64,000 bases of DNA from an uncultured Gammaproteobacteria bacterium. GTDB taxonomy: Bacteria > Patescibacteriota > Patescibacteriia > CAYZDG01. Positions 37,627 to 48,967 of this stretch are shown in pieces (positions within the stretch are counted from its first letter, which is position 1; every line of letters starts with the position of its first letter). Location: the NCBI GenBank assembly GCA_964536515.1, contig CAZHXI010000004.1, positions 5,038-69,037 of the forward strand. The letters are read 5' to 3'. The translations under genes and the position numbers were made by a program. The notes beneath the pieces were generated by a model. The model made no database searches. It was not told the origin of the DNA and saw only the letters and a list, made by a program, of their open reading frames with translations.

Positions 37627-40600
37627 ATGCGTCTAACGCTGCTACCCGCGAAAACAAAAACGAAAGCCGCAATTGCAGCGGCAATTTTGATTATCCTCAG
37701 CCAGGGCGTGCTTCCCGGGCTGTCGTTCCATAGCAGGGCTGTCTCGGCGGCTCCCGCGGAGGGCGCGCTGGTAAGGATTGCCTCGAACTCCGCCGTCTAC
37801 TACGTCGGACGTGACGGCAAGAGGTACGTGTTCCCCAACGAGGCTACGTACTTCAGCTGGTACCACAACTTCGATAACGTGCAGGTGATAGGTGACGGCG
37901 AGCTCGCCAACCTGCCCATTGGCTACCTAATTCCCGTGCGCCCCAACGTACGGTTCGTTCGGTTCGATGGCGAGGCCAAGGTCTACGCCGTGGAGCCCGG
38001 CGGGTTGCTTCGGTGGATTCCCGACGAGGCTACGTTCAGCCGCTTCGGCTTTCGCCTAGACCAGGTGGTGAGCCTGCCGGATGTCTTTCGGCCCGCCTAC
38101 ACCGAGGGGTCCGCTCTGGTTGGAGCCCCGAACGGCGTCGCCGTTCGTAGCGGGCAGGGCGGGCAGCTCTACTACGTTCGCGATGGCGTTAAGCGTCCGG
38201 TAACGGAGCAGGTCCTACGGCAGAACCGCTACTTTACCAACCACATCAGGGTGGTGGCACCGGAGGTCATAGCGGCGATTCCCGATGGCCCGAGCCTCGG
38301 CGGATTCGATCAGGCCGTGGCCGGACGTCCGGACGATCGCCCCGGCGCGGCGAGCGTCAATCCTCCGCCCGAGCAGGTGCCGACGAGCACGGCGCCGAAC
38401 GCCCCGCGGAATTTCAGCGCCGTGGGTGGCAGCCAGCAGGTTACGCTCAACTGGGCGGCGCCGAGCAGCGGGGGCCAGGTGGTGAACTACCTGCTCTACC
38501 GGGCGATGGCGCCAATCGTGAACATCTCCGGTAGCGCGGTTACCCCCATTGCCTCGCGGCCCGCTACCACCACCAACTACAGCGACGCCGGGCTGGTCGC
38601 CAGCACCACCTACTACTACGCGGTTAGGGCGCTGGGTTTGAACGGCGCCATGGGTCCGTACTCAACCACGTCGGCCAGCACGCTACGGGCAGACGCCGCC
38701 GTTCCGCCATTGCCGCCCACCAACCTCGCCGCGGCCGGAGGCAGCCGCCAGGTTGCGCTGTCGTGGACGCTGTCTGCTACCGCAAGCGTAACCAACTACG
38801 CCGTCTACCGCTCCACCTCATTCTTCAACCAGGTGGATGCCCCCGGTGTAACCGCGGTAGCGACCACGTCGGGCAGCGCCACTAGCTACACCGTAGCTAG
38901 CCTGGCTAGCTCTACCCAGTACTACTTCGGCGTCAGGGCCCGCGGCGGCAACGGCTTGTACAGCGCCCTCACCACAGCTTCGGCATCTACCCAGGGTGGA
39001 ACCAGCACCAACCCCGTTCCCCCCAATCCGCCGACCTCATTCACGGCCACGCCGACGCAGCAGAACATTCAGCTGGCGTGGAGCGTGCCAGCCGGACCCG
39101 CCGTATCTAGCTACCAGCTGTTCCGATCTACCTCACCCATTACCAGCGTTACCGGCCCCGGCGTATCTGCGGTCGGTACGGTGCAGTCGCCGAATACCCA
39201 GTACCTCGATTCGGGGCTTTCGGCGAACACCGCCTACCACTACGCTGTGCGCTCTATCGATGCAGCTGGGCTGCAGAGCGGAATAGCCACAACCACGGCC
39301 ACCACTGGCGTAGCCGACCCGAACGCACCGGCGTCACTAGCCCTAGCCCCCGGGTCTTCTACGGTGGAGCTGCGCTGGGCTGCGCCGGCGAACGCTAGCT
39401 ACCCCAGCAAGTACCAGGTGTACCGGTCTACGTCGCCGGTTACGCCGGCGAGCCCGGGAACGTTGGTCACCACCGGCAACAGCACCTCGTGGACTACGGA
39501 GGGTAGCTCGCTGAACCTGGTAGACGTAAGCCTACCCTCTGGCGCCACGTACTACTACGGCGTGCGTAGTCAGAACGCAGCGGGCCAGGTGAGCAGCTTC
39601 ACCAATGCCGGCCCGGTTACGACCGCGGCCGCCCCGGCGGCGGTCGCCATGGGAGGTCACCCCAGGGTAGACATGGCGGCGACCGACATTAGCTCCGTTC
39701 GCCAGCGAGCTCAGCCCAGCGGTTCCGTGCACGAGAACCTGCTGCAGACCGTTAACGGCCAGTGGTCCGGCGGCGGCTACAGCCGCACCGATAACCTGAA
39801 GGGTGCGCTGGTGGACTACAGCAGCCTCGATCCAGCTAGCTGGACTCACTCCATTGGTGCGGCGACCACGCCGCAGCAGCTGCTAGATTCGTTCACCCAG
39901 TGGAGCAACGTCATTAGCCGCGGCAGCCTCGTGGCCCTGCTGACCGATGACCCGTTGGCTAGGCAGCGAGCTACCCACGCCCTGCTGGCGCTACGCGGCG
40001 TGTACGATGCTACCGCTGCCACCTGGATGCCCGACGGCTCGTACCCCGATAACCAGCCCCGGCAGGAGGCCATTAAGTCGATGATGACGGTGGTAGCAGT
40101 TGGGTACGACCGGCTGTACCCCTGGCTTACCCAGGCTCAGCGCCAGCAGGTTGGCACGCTGGCTAGGCAGGTTTCGGAAAAGTATCGGGACTTTTGGATC
40201 CCCGATGGATTCTGGGCTTTCCCCGAGACGCACACGCACGAAGACAACGCAATCTACCTCCGTTCGCTGCTAGCCTACTACGGCGATACAGACCTGCTCC
40301 CGGCAGACCGATCGTGGATAGACTCAGCTACATCTGGGAAGCTGAGCCAGTACACCAGCTACCTCAACTGGCTAGCTCCGTTCTTGCAAGATGGCTCCGG
40401 CGGCGCCACGGCGTACTGGGGCTACTACGCATACGGCGAGGTCAGCCGCATGCTGCTGACGGTAGAGACGATTGCGGTCACCGCGAACCCAAGCATCTAC
40501 ACCCAGTTCCCTTGGCTACGGAACATAGTAGCTTTTACCGCCTACACTAACCTGCCGAATGATCGCTACGTCCATACCGGCAACGGCGGCTACGGCACCC

Positions 40601-42033
40601 ACTACAACGTTGTGCCCATTAGCACGCTAGCCCGACGCTACGGCGATGCCGTTGCGGGGTGGCTCGCCGATAGGTTCCGCACGCACTCCAGCATGAACCA
40701 GAATGCAACTAAGGAGTGGGGGCTGCTGTACGATCCCAATTTGCCGAGCCAGTCGCCGCAGCAGGCTGGTTACGGGCTGGATTGGTTCTCAGCTAAAGCC
40801 GGCCTAGCAACCATGCGCTCTGACTGGACCGACAGCGCCGTGGTGGCATCGATTATGAACCCGCCGGTTGCGAGGCTACAGAAGCTCAACCAGAACGCCG
40901 GCAGCTTCACCATCTACTACCGGGGGCCCCAGGTGGTTCAGTCGGGAGCGTACGATATCGGCAGTGGCTCGACACACTTCGTGCAGTACTTCCGTAAGAC
41001 CATCTCTTCCAATACCCTGACCATCCACGATCCCGCTGAGTACTTCTGCGACTCTCGCTACCACCCCGCTGAGCAGCCCTGCATTGAGGCGCTCACCTGG
41101 AACGACGGCGGCCAGCCGTACCGCAGGCTGTCCGCCACCCCAGTCGATTTCAATGCCCCCGATAGGCAGATGGGAACGACGGTGAATGAGAGTACTGCGA
41201 CGTACAACTACACCCGAGCCGACCTTACGCCCGCGTACCGGCGCTACGCCGACGCCAGCTACAGCACGTTCGTAGAGAAGGCGAGCGAGGTGGTACGTGA
41301 GTTCGTGTACGTGCGCCCCAAGGCTTTCGTTGTCCTAGACCGCGTTACGGCTACCGACCCCAGCTTCACCAAGCGTTGGCTGCTGCACACCGAGTCCGAG
41401 CCAACGGTGAGCGGCCCCGTAGTTTCCACCCAGGTTCCGGGGCACATCACCACCCACAGCGGAGATACGGTTACCACGGCAGCCTCGGGGCAGGGCCGGC
41501 TGTTCGCCAAGCTGCTGCTGCCCAGCTCGAGGACGGTAAAGAAGGTCGGCGGCAGCGGCTACGAGTTCTACGCCGATACCGGCATCAACTACCCGGCGTG
41601 GGTCTGCAATCCGCCGGACCAGGTGGTCTGCGACGGCCTGGGCAAGTGGCGCCTGGAGGTTTCGCCCACGGCTGCTACGTCTTCCGACCTGTTCTTGAAC
41701 GTCATCTACGTGGACGATAGCGGAGCCTCGAGCATGCCCGCTACCCAGCTGCTCGCCAGCGCCGATGGCACGCCGGCGGCGGCAATCGCCGGTACCGCGG
41801 TGGTGTTCGGCAAGAGCTCAGCCCCGCAGTCTGCAGGCGCCTACTCTGGTTCGGGCATCTCTACCCACATCATTGCTGGCCTGGTGCCGAATGCGTCGTA
41901 CGTTATGACCGCGGTCAACGATGCCGACGAGAACGACGTGGTGACGGCGCAGTTCAGCTCCTCCAATGTCGGCACCGCACGGGTAACGACGGCGACACCG
42001 GGAACGTACTCCTTCAGCTACGTTCGGCAGTAG
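37627..42033 (+). CDS. Large secreted protein: CPR-type N-terminal repeats, four fibronectin type III domains, heparinase II/III-like lyase domain
   Basis: Signal peptide; VYYV..DGKRYVFPNE repeats; four P.N..L.W..Y.VYR..YY.VR units; MRSDW, GSFTIYYRG, NTLTI, NDGGQ, WRLEV. Confidence 0.85.
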   Translation: MRLTLLPAKTKTKAAIAAAILIILSQGVLPGLSFHSRAVSAAPAEGALVRIASNSAVYYVGRDGKRYVFPNEATYFSWYHNFDNVQVIGDGELANLPIGYLIPVRPNVRFVRFDGEAKVYAVEPGGLLRWIPDEATFSRFGFRLDQVVSLPDVFRPAYTEGSALVGAPNGVAVRSGQGGQLYYVRDGVKRPVTEQVLRQNRYFTNHIRVVAPEVIAAIPDGPSLGGFDQAVAGRPDDRPGAASVNPPPEQVPTSTAPNAPRNFSAVGGSQQVTLNWAAPSSGGQVVNYLLYRAMAPIVNISGSAVTPIASRPATTTNYSDAGLVASTTYYYAVRALGLNGAMGPYSTTSASTLRADAAVPPLPPTNLAAAGGSRQVALSWTLSATASVTNYAVYRSTSFFNQVDAPGVTAVATTSGSATSYTVASLASSTQYYFGVRARGGNGLYSALTTASASTQGGTSTNPVPPNPPTSFTATPTQQNIQLAWSVPAGPAVSSYQLFRSTSPITSVTGPGVSAVGTVQSPNTQYLDSGLSANTAYHYAVRSIDAAGLQSGIATTTATTGVADPNAPASLALAPGSSTVELRWAAPANASYPSKYQVYRSTSPVTPASPGTLVTTGNSTSWTTEGSSLNLVDVSLPSGATYYYGVRSQNAAGQVSSFTNAGPVTTAAAPAAVAMGGHPRVDMAATDISSVRQRAQPSGSVHENLLQTVNGQWSGGGYSRTDNLKGALVDYSSLDPASWTHSIGAATTPQQLLDSFTQWSNVISRGSLVALLTDDPLARQRATHALLALRGVYDATAATWMPDGSYPDNQPRQEAIKSMMTVVAVGYDRLYPWLTQAQRQQVGTLARQVSEKYRDFWIPDGFWAFPETHTHEDNAIYLRSLLAYYGDTDLLPADRSWIDSATSGKLSQYTSYLNWLAPFLQDGSGGATAYWGYYAYGEVSRMLLTVETIAVTANPSIYTQFPWLRNIVAFTAYTNLPNDRYVHTGNGGYGTHYNVVPISTLARRYGDAVAGWLADRFRTHSSMNQNATKEWGLLYDPNLPSQSPQQAGYGLDWFSAKAGLATMRSDWTDSAVVASIMNPPVARLQKLNQNAGSFTIYYRGPQVVQSGAYDIGSGSTHFVQYFRKTISSNTLTIHDPAEYFCDSRYHPAEQPCIEALTWNDGGQPYRRLSATPVDFNAPDRQMGTTVNESTATYNYTRADLTPAYRRYADASYSTFVEKASEVVREFVYVRPKAFVVLDRVTATDPSFTKRWLLHTESEPTVSGPVVSTQVPGHITTHSGDTVTTAASGQGRLFAKLLLPSSRTVKKVGGSGYEFYADTGINYPAWVCNPPDQVVCDGLGKWRLEVSPTAATSSDLFLNVIYVDDSGASSMPATQLLASADGTPAAAIAGTAVVFGKSSAPQSAGAYSGSGISTHIIAGLVPNASYVMTAVNDADENDVVTAQFSSSNVGTARVTTATPGTYSFSYVRQ

Positions 42034-42078
42034 CGCCCCTGTCGGTGCGGCCGTGGGAGGATGTAGAATGAGTTTCGT

Positions 42079-42639
42079 ATGGTAACTCAGCCCAAGCAAC
42101 CAGGCGGCAACGAGCTGCTAAACCCCAAGCAGCTGCTGGAGCGCGTCGGCGTGGGCTTCGGCCAGCGCGTGGCTGACCTAGGCTGCGGGTCTATGGCCTA
42201 CTTCACCATGCAGGCGGGGCGTCAGGTCGGCGACCGCGGGCAGGTGTACGCCGTAGACATCCAGCGCGAGGTTCTATCGAGCGTAGATAGCCGCGCACGC
42301 CTGGCGGGCCTCGGCAACGTTCGCACCGTATGGAGCGACATCGAGAAGGTGGGGGCGACTGCGATTCCTCCGGCCACGATCGACGTGGCGCTGCTGGCCA
42401 ACACGCTCTTCCAGCTATCGGACCACGCCTCGGCACTAGCCGAGGCGGCGCGGCTGCTGAAGCCCGGAGGCAAGCTTCTGGTGGCAGACTGGAAGTCCAT
42501 CGGCGCGCCGTTCGGCCCGCCGACCGAGCGCCGGGTGAGCCCCGGCCGGGTCCGTGAGCTAGCTACGGCAGCGGGCTTTACCCTAGCCGAGGAGTTCGAG
42601 GCCGGGCCGTACCACTTTGGACAAACCTACACGAAGTAG
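42079..42639 (+). CDS. Class I SAM-dependent methyltransferase
   Basis: VADLGCGS, VYAVDI, RLLKPGG. Confidence 0.9.
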   Translation: MVTQPKQPGGNELLNPKQLLERVGVGFGQRVADLGCGSMAYFTMQAGRQVGDRGQVYAVDIQREVLSSVDSRARLAGLGNVRTVWSDIEKVGATAIPPATIDVALLANTLFQLSDHASALAEAARLLKPGGKLLVADWKSIGAPFGPPTERRVSPGRVRELATAAGFTLAEEFEAGPYHFGQTYTK

Positions 42640-42657
42640 CTAGAGTGGGGAGCGCGT

Positions 42658-43053
42658 ATGCTCCGCTGGATTTCTGCACAGTTCCTACTGTACCCCTACC
42701 CGGGTCCCCTGGGTGGCTGGAGCAAGCTAGCCATGCCCATTGCCTTCGCCGCTCTGCTCGTAGGTTCGTTCGTGGCACGGGGGTTGGCGCGCCGTTCGCT
42801 GGATCGTGCCGGCGCCGACTGGTGGCGGGCGGCGGCCAGCTGGCTGCTGGGTTTGAGCATCCCCGGGCTACTCTTGACCTTCTTCGCCTGGCAGCGGGTG
42901 CCGTTCCTATCCATGCGTATCCTGCTGGTCGCCAACGTCCTCGCCGTCATTGCCGTGGCCGCCTGGATGGCCTGGCGGTGGTTCCGCATGGTTCCCCAGC
43001 GACGCGCCGGCGTGCAGCGTCGCCGCGAGTACACCAGGTACCTGCCCTCCTAA
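42658..43053 (+). CDS. Hypothetical 3-TM membrane protein
   Basis: Hydrophobic helices, PFLSMR, C-terminal RYLP. Confidence 0.7.
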   Translation: MLRWISAQFLLYPYPGPLGGWSKLAMPIAFAALLVGSFVARGLARRSLDRAGADWWRAAASWLLGLSIPGLLLTFFAWQRVPFLSMRILLVANVLAVIAVAAWMAWRWFRMVPQRRAGVQRRREYTRYLPS

Positions 43054-43097
43054 TTCGCCAGCGCAGCTCGGGGTCAGCGCGTAGCTGATCCTTTTCT

Positions 43098-43460
43098 GTG
43101 CGTCGAGCAACAGCGACAAGCCGGGGACGGGAGGCCGAGGACTGGGCCGTGGGCTGGTGCCGGCGCCGCGGCTGGACTGTCGTCGCCCGCAACTGGCGGT
43201 GCCGGGGCGGCGAGCTCGACGTGGTCGCCTGGGACCAGGAGCAGCTCATTGTGGTGGAGGTTAAGTGCCGTAGCTCCGTTCGGTACGGCGTGGCTGGCAC
43301 CCAGCTCACCGCTGCACAGCGGCGCCGTATCGAGCGTACCCTGGAGCAGTTCTGCTACCGTACGGGCCTGGGCGAGCGGCCGTGGCGCATGGACCTCCTG
43401 GCGCTGCAGCGCCGCGGCGGTCGGTGGTACAGTACCCACTATGGTGGAGCTGATTGCTAG
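43098..43460 (+). CDS. YraN family PD-(D/E)xK protein
   Basis: G.EAE, RNWR..GELDVV, VEVK. Confidence 0.88.
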   Translation: MRRATATSRGREAEDWAVGWCRRRGWTVVARNWRCRGGELDVVAWDQEQLIVVEVKCRSSVRYGVAGTQLTAAQRRRIERTLEQFCYRTGLGERPWRMDLLALQRRGGRWYSTHYGGADC

Positions 43461-43803
43461 CGTAGCCCTGGCCTCGTCGCTCGCCGCCCCCGGCGGGGCT
43501 CCGCCGGCGCCCACGCTCGTCTGGCGAGACCCGCAGTCGGAAGCCGAGGCTTACGTGCGTGGCCTCACCAGGTCGGGGACGTCGGTTACGGTTACGATAA
43601 ATGGGTCGATTGCGCCCAGCCTCCGCTACGGGCCTGCCCGAGGCGGGGTAGCCAGCTTCGCCGTGCCCTGGCCGGCAGATTTGCCGTGCGGGGTGTACGA
43701 GGTAGCGGCCACGTCGCGACGTGGGCCAAGGCAGAGCGAGGCATCTGCGCCTATCTACGTCGTCGTTCCCGGGGTCAGGGTGGCGCCTCCGAGGCTGGCC
43801 TAG
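43441..43803 (+). CDS. Hypothetical secreted Ig-like protein
   Basis: Signal-like N-terminus and beta-strand pattern. Confidence 0.55.
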   Translation: MVELIASVALASSLAAPGGAPPAPTLVWRDPQSEAEAYVRGLTRSGTSVTVTINGSIAPSLRYGPARGGVASFAVPWPADLPCGVYEVAATSRRGPRQSEASAPIYVVVPGVRVAPPRLA

Positions 43804-43810
43804 GGGGAGC

Positions 43811-43879
43811 TTGACTGCCGTGGCTAGCCTTCGCTACCATTTGACACAGATGCAGCTACCCTACGGTGGCTGATTTTTT
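43811..43879 (+). promoter_or_regulatory. nusA promoter and leader terminator hairpin
   Basis: TTGACT-18 nt-TACCAT, then CAGCTACC-CTAC-GGTGGCTG-ATTTTTT before the start codon. Confidence 0.65.
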
Positions 43880-43905
43880 GACGTACGCTAATCCAATACG
43901 TGCCT

Positions 43906-45237
43906 ATGAACCTGAACGATATCAAGCCGGCGCTCCAGGCCATCGCTGAGGAGAAGAACCTCTCCTACGATTCGGTGGTGGAGACGGTCGAGGCAGCCCT
44001 GGCCGCTGCCTACCGCAAGGACTTCGGCCAGCCTAACCAGAACCATCGCGCCGAGTTCAACCCCGAGACGGGCGCGCTGGAGGTCTACGACGTGAAGACG
44101 GTCGTCGAGGACGTAGACCTAGAGGCCGAGCAGGTGGCCTGGGAGGCCTACCGCGCCAAGCTCGCCGAGCACGGCTTCGCCGTGCAGGTGGAGGCCCCGC
44201 CGCTGCCCGGTGCGCTGCCGACGCCGCCCCCCTCCGGCACCCCGCCGACCCCCGAGAACCTAGCTGCGGCCGGCCTGGAGCAGTTCAAGCGGTTCGATCC
44301 CCGCAAGGAGATTATGCTCTCCGAGGCTAAGGCCCTGAAGAAGGGCGTAGCCCTCGGCGATGAGATTAAGACCAAGCTCGACCTGCCGGGTGAGTTCGGC
44401 CGCATGGCTGCCCAGACGGCCAAGCAGGTAGTCATGCAGCGGCTACGCGAGGCCGAGCGCGACAACGTCTTCAAGGAGTTCAAGGCCAAGGAGGGAATGA
44501 TCGTCGTCGGAATTGTGCAGCGACGTGAGGGCCGCCTGGTTCTGGTTGACCTTGGGCACGCCACCGCCATCATCCCCCCGGATGAGCAGGTAGACCGCGA
44601 GAACTACGTGCCGGGCAGCCGCATCAAGGCCTACGTCGTAACGGTCAGCAGCGGCTCGCGCGGTACCGACATTGTGCTCTCGCGCGCCCACCCCAACCTG
44701 GTGCGGGCGCTGTTCACCGCCGAGGTTCCCGAGGTTTCGATGGGCACGGTGGAGATTAAGGCCGTGGCACGTGAGGCCGGCTCCCGGACCAAGGTAGCGG
44801 TGAGCACCACCCACGAGCACCTGGATCCCGTCGGCTCGTGCGTTGGCCAGCGCGGCGCACGGGTGCAGACCGTCATCAACGAGCTGGGCGGCGAGAAGGT
44901 GGACGTGGTCCAGCACGCCGACGACACCTCGAAGTTCATCAGCAATGCGCTGTCGCCGGCTAAGGTTACCGGCGTCCGGCTGGACGAGGCGACCCACACC
45001 GCTACGGTAACGGTGAAGGAGGACCAGCTGAGCTTGGCAATCGGCCGCGGCGGACAGAACGTACGCCTCGCCGCCAAGCTGACCGGCTACAAGATTGATA
45101 TCATTTCGGAGGGCGGCCAGACCGTGAGCAGCGACGACGAGGTAGACGAGGAGGGCAAGCCCGTCGTTGCGGCGCCCGCCGAGCCCGTGGCCGAGCCGGT
45201 CGCCGAGGCGCCCGCCGCCGAGCCGGTCGCCGCGTAG
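43906..45237 (+). CDS. nusA: Transcription termination factor NusA
   Basis: FGRMAAQTAKQV, S1 domain, AREAGSRTK, GSCVGQRG, SLAIGRGGQNVRLA. Confidence 0.97.
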   Translation: MNLNDIKPALQAIAEEKNLSYDSVVETVEAALAAAYRKDFGQPNQNHRAEFNPETGALEVYDVKTVVEDVDLEAEQVAWEAYRAKLAEHGFAVQVEAPPLPGALPTPPPSGTPPTPENLAAAGLEQFKRFDPRKEIMLSEAKALKKGVALGDEIKTKLDLPGEFGRMAAQTAKQVVMQRLREAERDNVFKEFKAKEGMIVVGIVQRREGRLVLVDLGHATAIIPPDEQVDRENYVPGSRIKAYVVTVSSGSRGTDIVLSRAHPNLVRALFTAEVPEVSMGTVEIKAVAREAGSRTKVAVSTTHEHLDPVGSCVGQRGARVQTVINELGGEKVDVVQHADDTSKFISNALSPAKVTGVRLDEATHTATVTVKEDQLSLAIGRGGQNVRLAAKLTGYKIDIISEGGQTVSSDDEVDEEGKPVVAAPAEPVAEPVAEAPAAEPVAA

Positions 45238-45270
45238 AATCCATAACGTAACTAATCCTCAGATCAACCT

Positions 45271-47274
<2,004 letters not shown>

Positions 47275-47294
47275 GAAACCGACGTTACCGTTAC

Positions 47295-47323
47295 GTAGAG
47301 ACGTTGCATTGCAACGTCTCTAC
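47295..47323. repeat. GTAG-type REP, identical to 37522-37550
   Basis: GTAGAGACGTTGCATTGCAACGTCTCTAC. Confidence 0.88.
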
Positions 47324-47339
47324 GGTTACCCCAGGGATA

Positions 47340-47368
47340 TTGACACCAGCAGCGCCGCGGGGTATGGC
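47340..47368 (+). promoter_or_regulatory. Putative sigma70 promoter
   Basis: TTGACA-17 nt-TATGGC. Confidence 0.45.
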
Positions 47369-47447
47369 TTAGGTGTTTTAGTTGAATCGACTGAATATTG
47401 ATAATTGAGCGAGAAATAGTCTCGGAAACAAACAGAAGGAGGTAGGC

Positions 47448-48944
47448 ATGGCACGAATTGTGCTGGCCCTGCTGTGCGCCTGCGCAGCTGGGCTCGCGAA
47501 CCCGTGGTCCGTAGACATCGGGCCACCGGATCCATGGGCGTGGCAGCGGCTCGCTGCGGCGTCCGATGGCCAAGGAGGTGCGTGGGTTGCGGCTAGCGCC
47601 GGCTCACCCGCAAGCCTCTACATTACCCACGTCGGCGACGACGGCACGGTCCAATTCGGTCCGAGCTTAATCGCCGCAGGGTACGAGCAGCAGCCGCTGC
47701 TCGCAGCTCCGGATGGCCAGGGCGGAGCGCTCCTCTTGGTAGAGGAGTTCACGTCGTGGCCGCCTCTCAGTAACCAGCTGCGGTTGGTTAACGTCGGCAA
47801 CGATGGCTCGGTTCGGTGGTCCGCTCTGGCCTGCACCACGCAGGCTGGCGCCAGCTGCCTGAAGCCGCAGCTCGCGGTCGGCGCGCAGTCTGCCCTGGTG
47901 GGCTGGGCTTACCAGACCACCGCCGGCACCGAGGCACGCGTCCGTCGGGTACAGCTCGATGGTACCTGCGTCGGTGAACCGCTGGGTGAGGCACTGTGCC
48001 AAGCCTACAGCTTGGGCATGGTAGCCTCGGGCGACAGCTTCGTCGTCGCAGCGGCAGACTCAACCTTCATTGTGAAGGGCGGGTCTAGCCGCATCGGCTG
48101 GCTGGGTGGACAGGCGCTGTCTGATCCCTGCGTGGTCCACGTTACAGACGTGGCTGCAGACATCGTAGGGTTTCACTCCGGCGCCGTGTGGATTGACCAC
48201 CGCGGTGCCGGAGGAGCCGATACGGTGGCCACCGGGCTCGTTCAGCCCGTAGAGCTACAGGTAGATGACCTAGACGGCAGCTGCCTCATCAGCTACCGCC
48301 GTGACGGCAACATCTACGGCAGGTGGTTCAATCCCCTCACCGCTACCGTGGGCGAGGAGATCACCATCTGCGGCGCTACGGGCAGCCAGCTGGGGCACCA
48401 GCTCTCCCGCGGCTCAGCTGGTATCGGCGCTGCCTGGGTCGACCGTAGGTTCGGTTCTGACGACGGCAGGGTATTCTGCCAGCACGTCTGGGCTAGCGGC
48501 ACACGCTGGCCAGACGGCATCGAGCTGGGGTCGGCTACGCCATTCGGCGGCACCGTGCCCCTGGTGACGTGCGACGGCGACTCCGCCGGCATTGCCGCAT
48601 GGGTTCTGCCCAGCGGCAGCTTGCGGGTAGCTCCCATCGACAGCCCATGGACGGATGCGGCGCCGGAGCGACCGGTGGCTCTACCCCTGCAGCTCTCGGT
48701 GGTTGCCTACCCGAACCCCTTTAACGCCAGTACGACCATTCGCTTCGACCTACCCACGTTCGGGCAGGCCAGGGTGGATGTGTACGATACGGGCGGCAGG
48801 CTAGTTCAGCGGCTTATGGACGGGCCGTTGGCCGCCGGCAGCCACGAGGCCCTCTGGGCCCCGTCGGTTGCCAGCGGAACTTACTTCGTCCGTATTAACA
48901 CCGCGTTCGGGCAGGTCGCCCGGGCGGTGCAACTGGTGCGCTAG
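47448..48944 (+). CDS. Secreted protein with C-terminal T9SS type A/FlgD-Ig-like sorting domain
   Basis: SD AGGAGG, signal peptide, DG.GGA repeats, C-terminus YPNPFNASTTIRF..VYDTGGRLV..ASGTYFVR. Confidence 0.85.
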   Translation: MARIVLALLCACAAGLANPWSVDIGPPDPWAWQRLAAASDGQGGAWVAASAGSPASLYITHVGDDGTVQFGPSLIAAGYEQQPLLAAPDGQGGALLLVEEFTSWPPLSNQLRLVNVGNDGSVRWSALACTTQAGASCLKPQLAVGAQSALVGWAYQTTAGTEARVRRVQLDGTCVGEPLGEALCQAYSLGMVASGDSFVVAAADSTFIVKGGSSRIGWLGGQALSDPCVVHVTDVAADIVGFHSGAVWIDHRGAGGADTVATGLVQPVELQVDDLDGSCLISYRRDGNIYGRWFNPLTATVGEEITICGATGSQLGHQLSRGSAGIGAAWVDRRFGSDDGRVFCQHVWASGTRWPDGIELGSATPFGGTVPLVTCDGDSAGIAAWVLPSGSLRVAPIDSPWTDAAPERPVALPLQLSVVAYPNPFNASTTIRFDLPTFGQARVDVYDTGGRLVQRLMDGPLAAGSHEALWAPSVASGTYFVRINTAFGQVARAVQLVR

Positions 48945-48967
48945 CGCCAAAAAAAGTGGGAGATAGC

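Noticed and set aside
38380-39620. Repeated FN3-coding segments as a DNA tandem repeat or DGR template
   Set aside because: Similarity is at the protein-domain level only; no near-identical DNA repeat or reverse transcriptase was seen.
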